Shown here piece after piece: positions 18,866 to 28,822 of a DNA stretch of 64,000 nt; position 1 is the stretch's first letter, and the number at the start of each line of letters is the position of its first letter. The stretch spans positions 29,322-93,321 of the forward strand of contig CAYFZI010000001.1 in assembly GCA_964347635.1 (NCBI GenBank), in the 5' to 3' direction. The stretch comes from an uncultured Dehalococcoidia bacterium. GTDB lineage: Bacteria > Chloroflexota > Dehalococcoidia > Bin125. Both the position numbers and the translations under genes were made by a program. The notes beneath the pieces were generated by a model. The model worked only from the letters and a program-made list of their open reading frames with translations, did no database searches and was not told where the DNA came from.

Positions 18866-20329
18866 TTACGCTCCGTTCGCTGCATGCTCCTGCGCGAGTG
18901 CGGCTGCGGCCGCGTCCTCAACGATGGTGCCGCTGAAAAAGTCGGGGTTGGGGCCGGCGTAGAGGCGCAGCTGGTTGGTGAAGGCGAAGTCGCGGAAGTC
19001 GCCGGGGCTGAGAATGCCGGCCTCGACCGGCGCGTAGGCCTCGGCGACGGCCTCGGCCATGTCGGGTACATCCCAGTGGCCCAGATCGGTGCTCATGATC
19101 GCGCGGATCTTCGCGCCGAAGGGGTTGACGCGGTCATTGAAAGCCCAGGCCGTGATCGGGTCGTCCGCCTCGCAGCCGAAATAGAACGAGGGCACGAAGC
19201 GGTCGTAGAAATCTTCGGCCTGCTGAATCTGCATGGCCGCGAAGTTGTCCTTGACCAGCGGGTCGATCTCCTGCCCGTTCATGAAGAGCGTGTTGGCCAG
19301 GTTGTCCAGCTTGCCCTCGGTCAGCGCGCCGCCGTAGCGGCTGAACAGGTCCTGGGCCAGCTCGATATCGATATTGGCTGGGTCGAGCCGTTCGATCTGT
19401 TCGAGGCTGCGCTTTTCCCAGCGGCCGATGATGTCAGCGTAGAGCCGCACGCCGTGCGCCGCGCCGCCCTCCAGCAGCGCCACCCGCAGGTCGGGGAAGC
19501 GGGCCGTCACGCCGCCCATCAGCAGCGACTTGCAGAGCACCTCGCCGGCCGCGGCGAAGTGGCCCATGTGGTTGTACATGTAGTTCGAAATCGAGGCGCG
19601 GTCCGTGAAGCCCATGCCGGAGGAATGCGAGGCCACCGCAAAGCCCAGCTCGACGCAGCGCTGCCAGAATGGGTCGTAATCGTGCTCGCTGTCGATCCCG
19701 AACGAATCGAGCCAGGTGACCCGCTGCGCCAGCTCCGGATACTGCTCGGCCACGGCCGCGACCGGGCGCCGCACGAAGGCCGGGATCTGGGCCGCCTTGA
19801 GGCCCAGCGCGTGGGCGTGTTCGAGCTCTGCGATGCCTTCCTCGGGCGTGTGCAGCGGGATCAGCGCCGCGACGGTCATGCGGTTGGCAAACTCGCCGTA
19901 ATGGTCGGCGGTGAACTGATTGAAGGCGCGGCAGGCGGCTTGGCGCAATTCGCCGTCCTGGATGTGCGGGAAGCCCAGCCCCACCGTGGGGTAGAGCACG
20001 ACGAAGTCCATCCCCACTTCGTCCATCCGCTCGTGCAGCAGGCGCGGCAGCATCGCTGTCGCGCGGTCCAGCGTGTTCTTGGTTGGCAGCGCCCACCAGG
20101 GCGGGATCGCCGCCCGCTCGGCGCGCCGCTCATCCCAGCTCATCCGCGCCCAGGCGCGGCTCACGCTCGAGGCGCGGTAACGCTCGACGATCGCTGCGCC
20201 GCCCGTGTCCTTGAGGTAATCGAAATAGGCGGGCATAAACTCGACGATGTGCGAGTCGCCGTCGATGATCGGGTGATCGAGGCGCGCGCGCACCGCCGCG
20301 GAGGGCGATTCGCTGCTAATGCGGGTCAT
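18866..20329 (-). CDS. Amidohydrolase-2 family metal-dependent hydrolase
   Basis: IIDGDSHIVEF..., a HxH-type metal-site region, and the overall ACMSD-like TIM barrel. ATG at 20329 with GGAGAT upstream. Confidence 0.8.
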   Translation of the reverse strand: MTRISSESPSAAVRARLDHPIIDGDSHIVEFMPAYFDYLKDTGGAAIVERYRASSVSRAWARMSWDERRAERAAIPPWWALPTKNTLDRATAMLPRLLHERMDEVGMDFVVLYPTVGLGFPHIQDGELRQAACRAFNQFTADHYGEFANRMTVAALIPLHTPEEGIAELEHAHALGLKAAQIPAFVRRPVAAVAEQYPELAQRVTWLDSFGIDSEHDYDPFWQRCVELGFAVASHSSGMGFTDRASISNYMYNHMGHFAAAGEVLCKSLLMGGVTARFPDLRVALLEGGAAHGVRLYADIIGRWEKRSLEQIERLDPANIDIELAQDLFSRYGGALTEGKLDNLANTLFMNGQEIDPLVKDNFAAMQIQQAEDFYDRFVPSFYFGCEADDPITAWAFNDRVNPFGAKIRAIMSTDLGHWDVPDMAEAVAEAYAPVEAGILSPGDFRDFAFTNQLRLYAGPNPDFFSGTIVEDAAAAALAQEHAANGA

Positions 20330-20504
20330 GGCGGGATCTCCAGATGGTGCAGCCAGACAGTGCAAATGGTGCAGATAGTGCTTGGGCGTCGGCTGGCTGA
20401 GGCTGAGGGTAGAGCGTTGCGCGGGCGCCCGTCGGCGCTGCGCCGCTGTCGGTTCTCTCCGCAGCCTGCGCCGCGCGCGTTAGGCTTGTTCGGTTAGCAG
20501 GCGT

Positions 20505-22262
20505 ATGCACCAGACCGCCGTCGAGCCAGCCCAAGACGCCGCTGCCGCCACCGCCGCGACAGTCGGCTTCGCGCTCCCGCACCGCACCAAGTTGCTGATT
20601 CTGAGCAGCGCCGTGGTGGCGATGTTTCTCTCCGCGGTGCAGCACTCGATCGTGGCCACAGCGACGCCGGTGCTCGCCGCCGACCTGGGCCGCATCGACC
20701 TGATCGCGTTCATGGAATCGGCCTTCATGGCCACCTCGGTGCCGGCCGTCGCGATCGCCGGGCGGCTCTCCGATGTCTACGGCCGCAAGCCGTTTCTGCT
20801 GGCCGGGTTGGTGATCTTCGCCGGCGCGACGGCGCTCTGCGGCTTCGCCAGCTCGATGGAGATGCTGATCGGCTTCCGCGCGCTGCAAGGGATCGGCGGC
20901 GGCATCCTGATGGGCAACGCCTTCTCCGTCACCGGCGACCTCTTTCCGCCCTCGGAGCGGGGCAAATACATGGGCATCTTCGCCGCCGTCTTCGGGATCG
21001 GCGGGTTGGTCGGCCCGCTGCTCGGCGGGCTGATCGTCGATGCGCTCAGCTGGCGCTGGGTCTTCTGGGCGATCCTCCCGCTGGCTCTGCTGGCGTTCGC
21101 CTCGATCGCGCTGATCATGCCCTGGCTGCGCCCCCCGCCGCGCCGCGTCGTGATCGACTGGCTGGGGATCGGCGCGATGCTGCTGGGCCTGATGCCGGCG
21201 ATGCTGGCGCTGGCGCTGGTCTCCACCGGCAGCGCCTGGCTCGACGCCAGAGTGCTGGGATTGTTCGGCGTCTCCGTGCTCGGCGTGCTGGCCTTTACCG
21301 CCGCCGAACGCCGCGCCCGCGAGCCGATCCTGCCCGGCGCGCTGTTCCGCAGCCACACCTTCCGCGTCGCGGCGCTGGTGATGGCCGTGATCGGCGGCGG
21401 ACTCTTCGGCGTCTCGTTCTTCCTCGCCTACTTCATGCAGGGCGTGCTGGGCTACACGCCGACCGCCTCCGGCCTGCTGCTCAGCACCGAGATCGTCTCG
21501 ATGGTGATCACCGCAACGGCCGCGGGCCAGATCATCTCGCGCACCGGCCGCTACAAGGCGGTCTCGCTCATCGCCGCCGTCGTGATCACCGTGGGCGGCT
21601 ACCTGATGACGCAGCTCAGCACTGAGACCGGCGCCGTCGACGTCATTTGGCGCCTGGTCGTGTTCGGCTGCGGGCTGGGGCTGCTCTACCCCTCGCTGAT
21701 GGTCGCCGCTCAGAACGCGCTGCCGCAGAGCATGCTGGGCACGATCTCGGGCGCGACCCAGTTCTTCCAGGAGATCGGCGGGATTATCGGCGTCACGCTG
21801 GTTGGCGCGCTGGTGACCGGCCGGCTGGCTGCCGAGCTGGCTGCGCGGCTGCCGGCCGACCTCGCCGCCCGCGCCGACCCCACCCAGCTGCTCAACGAGG
21901 AGGCCAGCGCCGGCCTGCTCGCCGAGGTCGGAGAGGACGGCTTCCTACAGATCATCGCCGCTTTGCCGGAGTCGCTCGCCGTTGCCATCACCAGCAACTT
22001 CTGGATCTCCGCTGCGGTCGGCCTGATCGCCGTCCTGGCCGTGCTCACGCTGCGCGAAAAACGACTCCGCACCGGCGAGCACGACGACTCGGAAGGGCAG
22101 TCGGGAGAACAGCCGCCGCCGCCCCGCACCACTGTCACCGCCCCCAACGGCGCTAGCAACTCAGCAGCAGCCGACGGCATGGCCTGGGTCGCGCGGACGC
22201 GTCCGCAGCGTTCGCTGCATAATCTGGAGCGCGGCTCCGAAGCGGGCCGCCGCCAGTTGTAG
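20505..22262 (+). CDS. MFS transporter, DHA2 (EmrB/QacA) drug-efflux family
   Basis: About 14 predicted TM segments, MFS motif A-like GRLSDVYGRKP, and an extended soluble C-terminus. Confidence 0.85.
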   Translation: MHQTAVEPAQDAAAATAATVGFALPHRTKLLILSSAVVAMFLSAVQHSIVATATPVLAADLGRIDLIAFMESAFMATSVPAVAIAGRLSDVYGRKPFLLAGLVIFAGATALCGFASSMEMLIGFRALQGIGGGILMGNAFSVTGDLFPPSERGKYMGIFAAVFGIGGLVGPLLGGLIVDALSWRWVFWAILPLALLAFASIALIMPWLRPPPRRVVIDWLGIGAMLLGLMPAMLALALVSTGSAWLDARVLGLFGVSVLGVLAFTAAERRAREPILPGALFRSHTFRVAALVMAVIGGGLFGVSFFLAYFMQGVLGYTPTASGLLLSTEIVSMVITATAAGQIISRTGRYKAVSLIAAVVITVGGYLMTQLSTETGAVDVIWRLVVFGCGLGLLYPSLMVAAQNALPQSMLGTISGATQFFQEIGGIIGVTLVGALVTGRLAAELAARLPADLAARADPTQLLNEEASAGLLAEVGEDGFLQIIAALPESLAVAITSNFWISAAVGLIAVLAVLTLREKRLRTGEHDDSEGQSGEQPPPPRTTVTAPNGASNSAAADGMAWVARTRPQRSLHNLERGSEAGRRQL

Positions 22263-22331
22263 CGCATTCAGCTGCCCTGCTAACTTCGCAGAATGCCCTG
22301 CACTAGGAGGCGGGCAAAGGAGAAGACCCGA

Positions 22332-24137
22332 ATGGCACGAGCGAACTATTGGAACCGCATGCGGCGTGCACGGATGAGCCGCCGCTCACTGCTTAGCGCG
22401 TCGGCGCGGGCCGGCGTCGGCGCCGCTGGGCTGGCGCTGGTCGGCTGCGGCGACGACGACGACGGTGAACAGCAGGCCGCTGCGCAGGCCGCCGTCCAGC
22501 AGCAGCAAGAACAGCCCGCGATGGAGCAGCAGGCCCAAACGCAGCAGGAGGAGCAGGCTGCCGTCGCCCAGGCGGCCCCCAGCGGGCCGGCGCTCGCGCC
22601 GGTCTGGAGGGCCGGCATCCACCTGAACACGACCTCGCTGGACCCCCACACCGGGACCAGCGGCACTGACGCCTACTTCTTCCAGCCGTTCCACGACTAC
22701 CTGGTCATGCATGATCGGGAGAACGTCCAGCGCAGCGACATCTCGCTGGCGGAGTCTTGGGAGTTCCCCGACAACACGACGATCAACTTCACGCTCCGCG
22801 AGGGCGTGAGCTTCCACAACGGCGAGCCGTTCAGCTCGGAGGATGTGCGGCTCAACCTAGAGCGTGTCACCTCGCACCCGGCCTCGACGCCGAAGGCGAA
22901 CTTCGAGGTCGTGCACACGGTCGACACGCCGGACGAGCGCACCGCCATCTACCGCCTCTCCGAGCCCTCGGCGGCGGTGATGCACCTGCTCGGCGACCGC
23001 GCCGGGGCGATGATCCACGTCCCCACCGCCGACGAGCTGGGCGACGAGTACGGCCTCAACCCGGTCGGGACGGGCCCCTACCGCTTCGTGGAGTGGGTCG
23101 ACCAGTCGCACGTGCTCGGTGCGCGCAACGGCGACCACTGGATGCACGGCCCTGAGGTCGGCTCCCAGACCGGCAGCCCGCTGCCCTACTTCGAGGAGCT
23201 GCGCTACGGCATCATCACCGAGAACTCGACCCTGATCGCGACCGGGCTCGCCGGGGACCTCGACACGATGTTCATCCCCGAGCCGCAGTTCATCCCGCAG
23301 GTCGAGGAGGACCCGAACTGGCGCATCGTCACGATGGAGGGCGCCTTCGTCTCGGAGATTCTGGTCTTCAACTCGAAGAAGCCGCCGCTTGACAACATGA
23401 GCCTGCGCCTCGCGCTGATGCATGCGCTCCACCCTGAAGCGGTCAACCAGGCGGTGCACGACAACCTGATGATCCAGGCCTTGGGCGGGCAGTGGCCGAA
23501 CGGCACGTTGGCCTACAGCGAGGTGCCCGGCAATCCGCAGGTCGCCTACCCCGCCATCGCCGACCGGCGCGCGCGCGCCAACGAGCTGCTCGCTGAGTCG
23601 GGCGTCGACGTCGACGCGCTCAACGCCGAGGGCGGGCTGACCCTGACCACGTACGTGAACCAGGTCAAGATCGACGCCGGCAACATCTACGTTCAGCAGG
23701 TCAAGGAAGTGCTCGGCATCGACGTGCGCTTCGAGCCGCTGGAGCTGGTCGAGTTCATCCCCGCGTTCTTCGAGAACGGGGAATACCACATGACCCTGAC
23801 GGGCTGGAGCCGCTACCCGGAGCCGGACTGGATCGCCTCGCTGGCCTACACCGAGACAGGCGTCTACAACCCCACCGCCGATCAGGAGACCGCCAGCCCG
23901 ATCCACCCCGACCTCGATCAGCTGGTGGCGGATGCCCGCTCGACCTTCGATGTCGAGGAGCGGCGCCAGCTCTACAGCCAGGTCAACGACATCATCGTCG
24001 GCGAAGGGCACTTCTACACGATGCTCTACGGCGTCAACTTCACCGGCGTCCGCAACGCGATCCAGAACGCCGAAGAGACGCTGTTCAACGGCGAGGGCAA
24101 GTGGCAGAGCCGCTGGCTGCACAGCGACGAAGCCTAG
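22332..24137 (+). CDS. ABC transporter substrate-binding protein, family 5 (peptide/nickel, DppA/OppA-like), Tat/lipoprotein signal
   Basis: Twin-arginine-like signal (RRSLLSASARAGVGAAGLALVGCG) and an SBP_bac_5 fold. AAGGAGAAG RBS. Confidence 0.88.
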   Translation: MARANYWNRMRRARMSRRSLLSASARAGVGAAGLALVGCGDDDDGEQQAAAQAAVQQQQEQPAMEQQAQTQQEEQAAVAQAAPSGPALAPVWRAGIHLNTTSLDPHTGTSGTDAYFFQPFHDYLVMHDRENVQRSDISLAESWEFPDNTTINFTLREGVSFHNGEPFSSEDVRLNLERVTSHPASTPKANFEVVHTVDTPDERTAIYRLSEPSAAVMHLLGDRAGAMIHVPTADELGDEYGLNPVGTGPYRFVEWVDQSHVLGARNGDHWMHGPEVGSQTGSPLPYFEELRYGIITENSTLIATGLAGDLDTMFIPEPQFIPQVEEDPNWRIVTMEGAFVSEILVFNSKKPPLDNMSLRLALMHALHPEAVNQAVHDNLMIQALGGQWPNGTLAYSEVPGNPQVAYPAIADRRARANELLAESGVDVDALNAEGGLTLTTYVNQVKIDAGNIYVQQVKEVLGIDVRFEPLELVEFIPAFFENGEYHMTLTGWSRYPEPDWIASLAYTETGVYNPTADQETASPIHPDLDQLVADARSTFDVEERRQLYSQVNDIIVGEGHFYTMLYGVNFTGVRNAIQNAEETLFNGEGKWQSRWLHSDEA

Positions 24138-24262
24138 CCGCGCTCAGCGCGCCGGACGGCGGCGCACCCCCGCACAGGCTCCGGACTCTCCGGCGCCTGT
24201 GCGGAGGACTGGGCGGGCCGGCCCGCAGCAACGAAGCACCGAGGGAGTAGCACGGGGCGCCC

Positions 24263-25216
24263 ATGTGGACGTACATGTCGGTGCGGGTGCTGCAGGCGCT
24301 GTTCGTGGTGGTGCTGGTCGCGCTGGCTTCGTTCGGCATCTTCCGCCTGCTGCCCGGCGACCCGGTCGCCGCGCTCTCGGGTGAAGGCGAGGCGATCTCC
24401 GCCGAGCGCCGCGCCCAGATCGAGGAGCGGCTGGGCTTGAACAGGTCGGTGCCCGAACAGCTCGGCAGCTGGCTGGGCGACATCCTCCTCCGCGGCGACT
24501 TCGGCCAGTCCACGCTCACCAACCGCGATATCGGCACCGAGCTGGTCCAGCGCTTGCAGAACACGCTGCATGTCGGCGTGCTGGGAATCGTGTTTGGGAT
24601 GTTGATCGGCGTACCGGCCGGGGTGGTGAGCTCGATGCGGCCCGGTTCGATGGGCGACCGCGGCGTCACCATCCTGAGCGTCGGCGGCGTCTCGATCCCC
24701 GACTATCTGATCGGGCTGATCTTGATCCTGATCTTCACGGTGACCTGGAACGTGCTGCCGGCGGCCGGCTTCGCCCGCATTTGGGACGATCCGCTGCAGA
24801 GCATCAAATCGCTGATCATGCCGACGCTGGTAGTCGGTTGGGTGCTTTCGGCGATCGTCGCGCGGCAGACCCGCTCCTCGATGCTCGAGGTGCTGCGGCA
24901 GGACTACGTGCGCACGGCGCGGGCCAAGGGCCTGCGCGAGCGGCGCGTGATCGTGCTGCACGCCCTGCGCAACGGGCTGCTGCCCGTCGTCACGATCGTC
25001 GGCCTGCTGCTGGCCCGCGTCTTCGCCGGCGCCGTGATTGTCGAGCAGATCTTCAACATCCCCGGGATGGGCCGCTGGCTCGTGCAGGCCGCCCTGCAGC
25101 GCGATCTGCTGATCGTGCAGGCGATGATCCTGATCATCGCGATCGCGATCGTCATCGCCAACCTGCTAACCGATATCTCCTACGGCATCCTTGATCCGAG
25201 GATCCGCTATGGCTGA
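24263..25216 (+). CDS. ABC transporter permease (DppB/OppB family)
   Basis: Six TM segments with the BPD_transp_1 EAA-like motif region (RTARAKGLRERRVIVLHALRN). Confidence 0.88.
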   Translation: MWTYMSVRVLQALFVVVLVALASFGIFRLLPGDPVAALSGEGEAISAERRAQIEERLGLNRSVPEQLGSWLGDILLRGDFGQSTLTNRDIGTELVQRLQNTLHVGVLGIVFGMLIGVPAGVVSSMRPGSMGDRGVTILSVGGVSIPDYLIGLILILIFTVTWNVLPAAGFARIWDDPLQSIKSLIMPTLVVGWVLSAIVARQTRSSMLEVLRQDYVRTARAKGLRERRVIVLHALRNGLLPVVTIVGLLLARVFAGAVIVEQIFNIPGMGRWLVQAALQRDLLIVQAMILIIAIAIVIANLLTDISYGILDPRIRYG

Positions 25217-26150
25217 GCCGGCGGCCGCACCCGCGGTGGACTCTCTGAGCAGCGCTGCGCAGGGCGGCGGCGCGCTGGAGGAGTTCCGCACCTTCATGCG
25301 CCGCTTCCTGCGCGTCCGCCTGGTCAAGCCGGCGCTGTTCATTCTGGTCGCGTTCGCGATCATCGCGATCTTCATCGACGTCTTCCCGCTGCCCGGCTAC
25401 GAAGAGCAGGCCACCGACGAAAACGGCCTCTATCTGTCCTGGAACAGCCCGAGCTGGGACCACCCCTTCGGCACCGACAAGATCGGGCGCGACACCTTCT
25501 CGCGCGTGCTTCACGCGACCCGCCTGGCGCTGGCGGTGGGCTTCGGTGCGTCGCTGTTCGGCGCGGTCTTCGGCCTGCCGATCGGGATCGCCGCCGGCTA
25601 CGCGCGCGGCGCGGTCGACGAAGTGCTGATGCGGATCATGGATGCCGTGCTGGCCTTTCCCGGCCTGATTCTGGCCTTGGCGCTCGTCTCCGTGCTGGGG
25701 CGCGATATCGGCAACATCATCGTCGCGGTTGGGATCGCCAATATCCCCTGGATCGCCCGCATTGCGCGGGCTATGGCGCTATCCGTGCGAGAGCAGGACT
25801 ATGTGCTGGCGGGGCGCACGATCGGGGCTGGGAATCTGCGAATCATGCTCCGCTACGTGCTGCCCAACTCATTCCAGCCGGTGATCGTGCAGGTCTCGCT
25901 CGGCGCCGGCTTCGCGATCATCGCCGAGGCCGGGCTGTCCTTCCTCGGCCTCGGGATCCGCCCGCCGGAGCCAACCTGGGGCGGGCTGGTCTCGGAGGGC
26001 CGCCAGGTCATCATCACCGGCAGCGGCTGGTGGCTCTGGGTCTTCCCCGGCGCCTGCATCGCGCTGCTGGTGTGGTCGCTGAACATCATCGGCGACGGCC
26101 TCCGCGACGTGCTCGACCCGCGCCTGCGCGGCGCGCTCGAAGGCGACTAA
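25209..26150 (+). CDS. ABC transporter permease (DppC/OppC family)
   Basis: BPD_transp_1 permease. An 8-bp overlap with the upstream permease indicates an operon. No ATPase gene follows. Confidence 0.85.
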   Translation: MAEPAAAPAVDSLSSAAQGGGALEEFRTFMRRFLRVRLVKPALFILVAFAIIAIFIDVFPLPGYEEQATDENGLYLSWNSPSWDHPFGTDKIGRDTFSRVLHATRLALAVGFGASLFGAVFGLPIGIAAGYARGAVDEVLMRIMDAVLAFPGLILALALVSVLGRDIGNIIVAVGIANIPWIARIARAMALSVREQDYVLAGRTIGAGNLRIMLRYVLPNSFQPVIVQVSLGAGFAIIAEAGLSFLGLGIRPPEPTWGGLVSEGRQVIITGSGWWLWVFPGACIALLVWSLNIIGDGLRDVLDPRLRGALEGD

Positions 26151-26298
26151 CCGCGCCCAACGGCGGCGCCTCTAGCTGTTCAGCTTTTCATGAGCGGTCC
26201 GCGCCCCCTGGTGGAGGCGTGGGTCGGCGTCGCAGTCCGCGCTGCGCGGTACCCTCTAGTCGGCGTGGAACTGCGTGAACGATTGGCGGGGAGCCGAC

Positions 26299-27105
26299 AT
26301 GACCAGCACACTCGAGACGACGGGCGGGACGCTCGTGTACGACGTCTTCGGCGAGGCCGAGGAGACGATCGTCTTCGTGCACGGCGGGGGCGGCAATCAC
26401 CTCAGCTGGTGGCAGCAGATCCCTCATTTCCGCGAACGCTTCCGCTGCGTCACCTATGAGGTGCGCGGCTGGGGGCAGAGCAAGGATCTGTCGGGCGAGG
26501 GGCGCAGCGCGTTTCGGCGCGATCTTGAGGAGCTGATCGACCATTTGCAGATCGCCGATGCTGTGCTCGTGGGCCAGTCGATGGGCGGCTTCTCGATCCT
26601 GCCCTACGCGGCGGCGCACCCCGCGCGCGTGCGCGGGCTGCTGATGGCCGACACATTCCTGGGCATCTACGAAGAGCAGCTCATGCGCGAGCTGGCTGAG
26701 GCGCTCGGGCGGGCGCAGGAGGCGCTGAACGACACCGCGGCCGGCGCCCGGCCGATGATGGTCGGCGCCGATTTCATCGAGCGGGATCCCAACGGCCTGT
26801 TTCTCTACCAGCAGGTGCGCGGCCTCAATCCGCCGCTTGAGAGCGGCGGGCCGCTGAGGTTCGGCCTCGAGGAAGGTGCGGTCGCCGTCGAGGATCTCGC
26901 GGCTCTGACCATGCCGACGGTCTTCCTGGCCGGCGAGTTCGACGCGATTCTCCCGCCGCGGCTGATCAAGGCTGCGAGCGGGTACATCCCCGGCGCCCGC
27001 TACATCGAAGTTCCAAAGGGCGGGCACTCGGTCTACTGGGAGCTGCCCGACGAGTTCAATGCCATCCTCGATGAGCTGCTCGCGGAGGCCTATCCGGGCA
27101 AGTGA
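26299..27105 (+). CDS. Alpha/beta-fold hydrolase
   Basis: Oxyanion HGGGGN and nucleophile elbow GQSMGG. Confidence 0.8.
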   Translation: MTSTLETTGGTLVYDVFGEAEETIVFVHGGGGNHLSWWQQIPHFRERFRCVTYEVRGWGQSKDLSGEGRSAFRRDLEELIDHLQIADAVLVGQSMGGFSILPYAAAHPARVRGLLMADTFLGIYEEQLMRELAEALGRAQEALNDTAAGARPMMVGADFIERDPNGLFLYQQVRGLNPPLESGGPLRFGLEEGAVAVEDLAALTMPTVFLAGEFDAILPPRLIKAASGYIPGARYIEVPKGGHSVYWELPDEFNAILDELLAEAYPGK

Positions 27106-27203
27106 GTGCGCAACAATGAGTTCGCAAAGGGCTGCGGCGTCTTCCGCCGTAAGTGAGTGAGAGGGAAGCGCCTGCGGGCCGTTGCTGTGGGGAAGTGCTG
27201 CGC

Positions 27204-27806
27204 TCAGTTGGCGGCGAACTGGCCGATGTTTTCGTGCCCCAGCGCGTCGTTGTTGGGGTCGATCAGCTCATCCGGCAGCGGCAGTGTTTGCAGCCAGGCC
27301 CAGACGTCGGCGATGTCTTCGACCGGGATCTGCTCAGCGGTGAAGCGCTGCATGACACCGCGCGGACGGCGGTATTGGCTGAGTACGCCGTGGATGTCGA
27401 GCCCCGTTTGGGCGATGGTCGGCCCGACGATCCCTTCGCCGACGTCGCCGTGGCAGACCTGACAGCCGTTTGCGATAAAGAGCTCGGCGCCGCGCACCGG
27501 GTTGGCGCCGGCCCGCATCGCTTCCTCATCGATCTCCTCGATTGGCAGCGGTGCGGCCTCGGCGCAGGTTTCCGGCGAGCGGTCGACCAGTTCGAGCGAC
27601 GGGTCGGCCTCCTGGCCGGCCTCGATGCAGAAGAGGCCGGTGGCCCACAGCTCGGCGGTCGCCGCGTTGGACTCGACTCGCCCGCCCAGCTCGTGCCGGT
27701 CGGCGCCTTTGGCGATCGCATAGCCGACCAGCGCGAAGATGCCGGCGATCAGCAGCCCGAAGACCATCAACAGCCCGAACGATTGAGGAATTCCCTGGGT
27801 TGGCAT
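27204..27806 (-). CDS. Membrane-anchored c-type cytochrome
   Basis: N-terminal TM helix and a single haem-binding CQVCH motif. Confidence 0.75.
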   Translation of the reverse strand: MPTQGIPQSFGLLMVFGLLIAGIFALVGYAIAKGADRHELGGRVESNAATAELWATGLFCIEAGQEADPSLELVDRSPETCAEAAPLPIEEIDEEAMRAGANPVRGAELFIANGCQVCHGDVGEGIVGPTIAQTGLDIHGVLSQYRRPRGVMQRFTAEQIPVEDIADVWAWLQTLPLPDELIDPNNDALGHENIGQFAAN

Positions 27807-27894
27807 CTCGGCTCACCTCGGCCCGGCGCGGCGCACCTGGCCGCGCAGCCCGCACACATGGTAAGCGCGCTCCGCGTTAGGGGGAAACGCCGCG

Positions 27895-28782
27895 CTACTG
27901 CTTCGGGGCGCTGGGGCGGGTCTTCGCAGCGCCGTAATCCTGGAATGGACCGTCGCGCCAGTCGAGCGCTGCCTTGAGCCCCTTTTCGCGGGCGATCATG
28001 CCGAACTCGCCGGCGCTGCCGCGGTAGGTCGAAAGCGCCTGAATGTCGGCGCCCACCGCCAGTGCAGTGCGGATCCCCATCACTTCGTAGGCGCGGTTGA
28101 TCCCGCGCTTGCTCATTTGCACCATATCCGGCGCGATGTTCGCGATCCGCTCCGCGAAGGCCTCCGTCTCGGCGGCCAGATCATCGACGGGGAAGCAGCG
28201 GTTGGCCCAGCCCAGCTCGACCGCTTCGGCGCCCGTAACCGAGTCGCCGGTGTAGGTCAGCTCGCGCGCCTTGCGCATCGACATGTGCCAGGGGTGATAG
28301 AGCACATCGACGGTCGTCATCGCGCGCACCGGCGGGTAGCCGATGATCGCATCGTCGGCGACAAACATCATGTCGCACATGCTGGCCAGCTCCGAGCCGC
28401 CGGCCAGACAGTAGCCGTGCACCTGGGCGATGACCGGCTTGGTCAGCTCCCAGATTTGCCAGTAGCCGCTGAGCAGATGCTGCGGCCACTGCCCCTGGCC
28501 GGGATGAATCGGGCCGACGCTGGGCAGGCCCGAGCGCAGGTCGAGGTAGTCCGACTCGGAGAGGTTGGGTACGGGGGTGATGTCGTAGCCGGCCGAGAAG
28601 GTGCGGCCCGCGCCGCGGATGATCACGACGCGCACGTTGGCATCGGCCTCCGCGTCCTTCAGCGCGCTGAACATCTCGGCGCGCAGCCGGTGGCTGAGCG
28701 CGTTCATCTTCTCCGGCCGATTGAGCGTGACGATCGCCAAGCGGCCCTTGGTTTCGTAGAGGATGTCTTCAAAATCGGTCAT
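27895..28782 (-). CDS. Enoyl-CoA hydratase/isomerase (crotonase) family protein
   Basis: LAIVTLNRPEKMNAL..., RVVIIRGAGRTFSAGYDI and HGYCLAGGSELA motifs. ATG at 28782 with GGGAGA RBS. Confidence 0.85.
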   Translation of the reverse strand: MTDFEDILYETKGRLAIVTLNRPEKMNALSHRLRAEMFSALKDAEADANVRVVIIRGAGRTFSAGYDITPVPNLSESDYLDLRSGLPSVGPIHPGQGQWPQHLLSGYWQIWELTKPVIAQVHGYCLAGGSELASMCDMMFVADDAIIGYPPVRAMTTVDVLYHPWHMSMRKARELTYTGDSVTGAEAVELGWANRCFPVDDLAAETEAFAERIANIAPDMVQMSKRGINRAYEVMGIRTALAVGADIQALSTYRGSAGEFGMIAREKGLKAALDWRDGPFQDYGAAKTRPSAPKQ

Positions 28783-28822
28783 CAGCGGTCTCCCTGATTG
28801 AGCGGGTCGGAACGAGGGCAGT

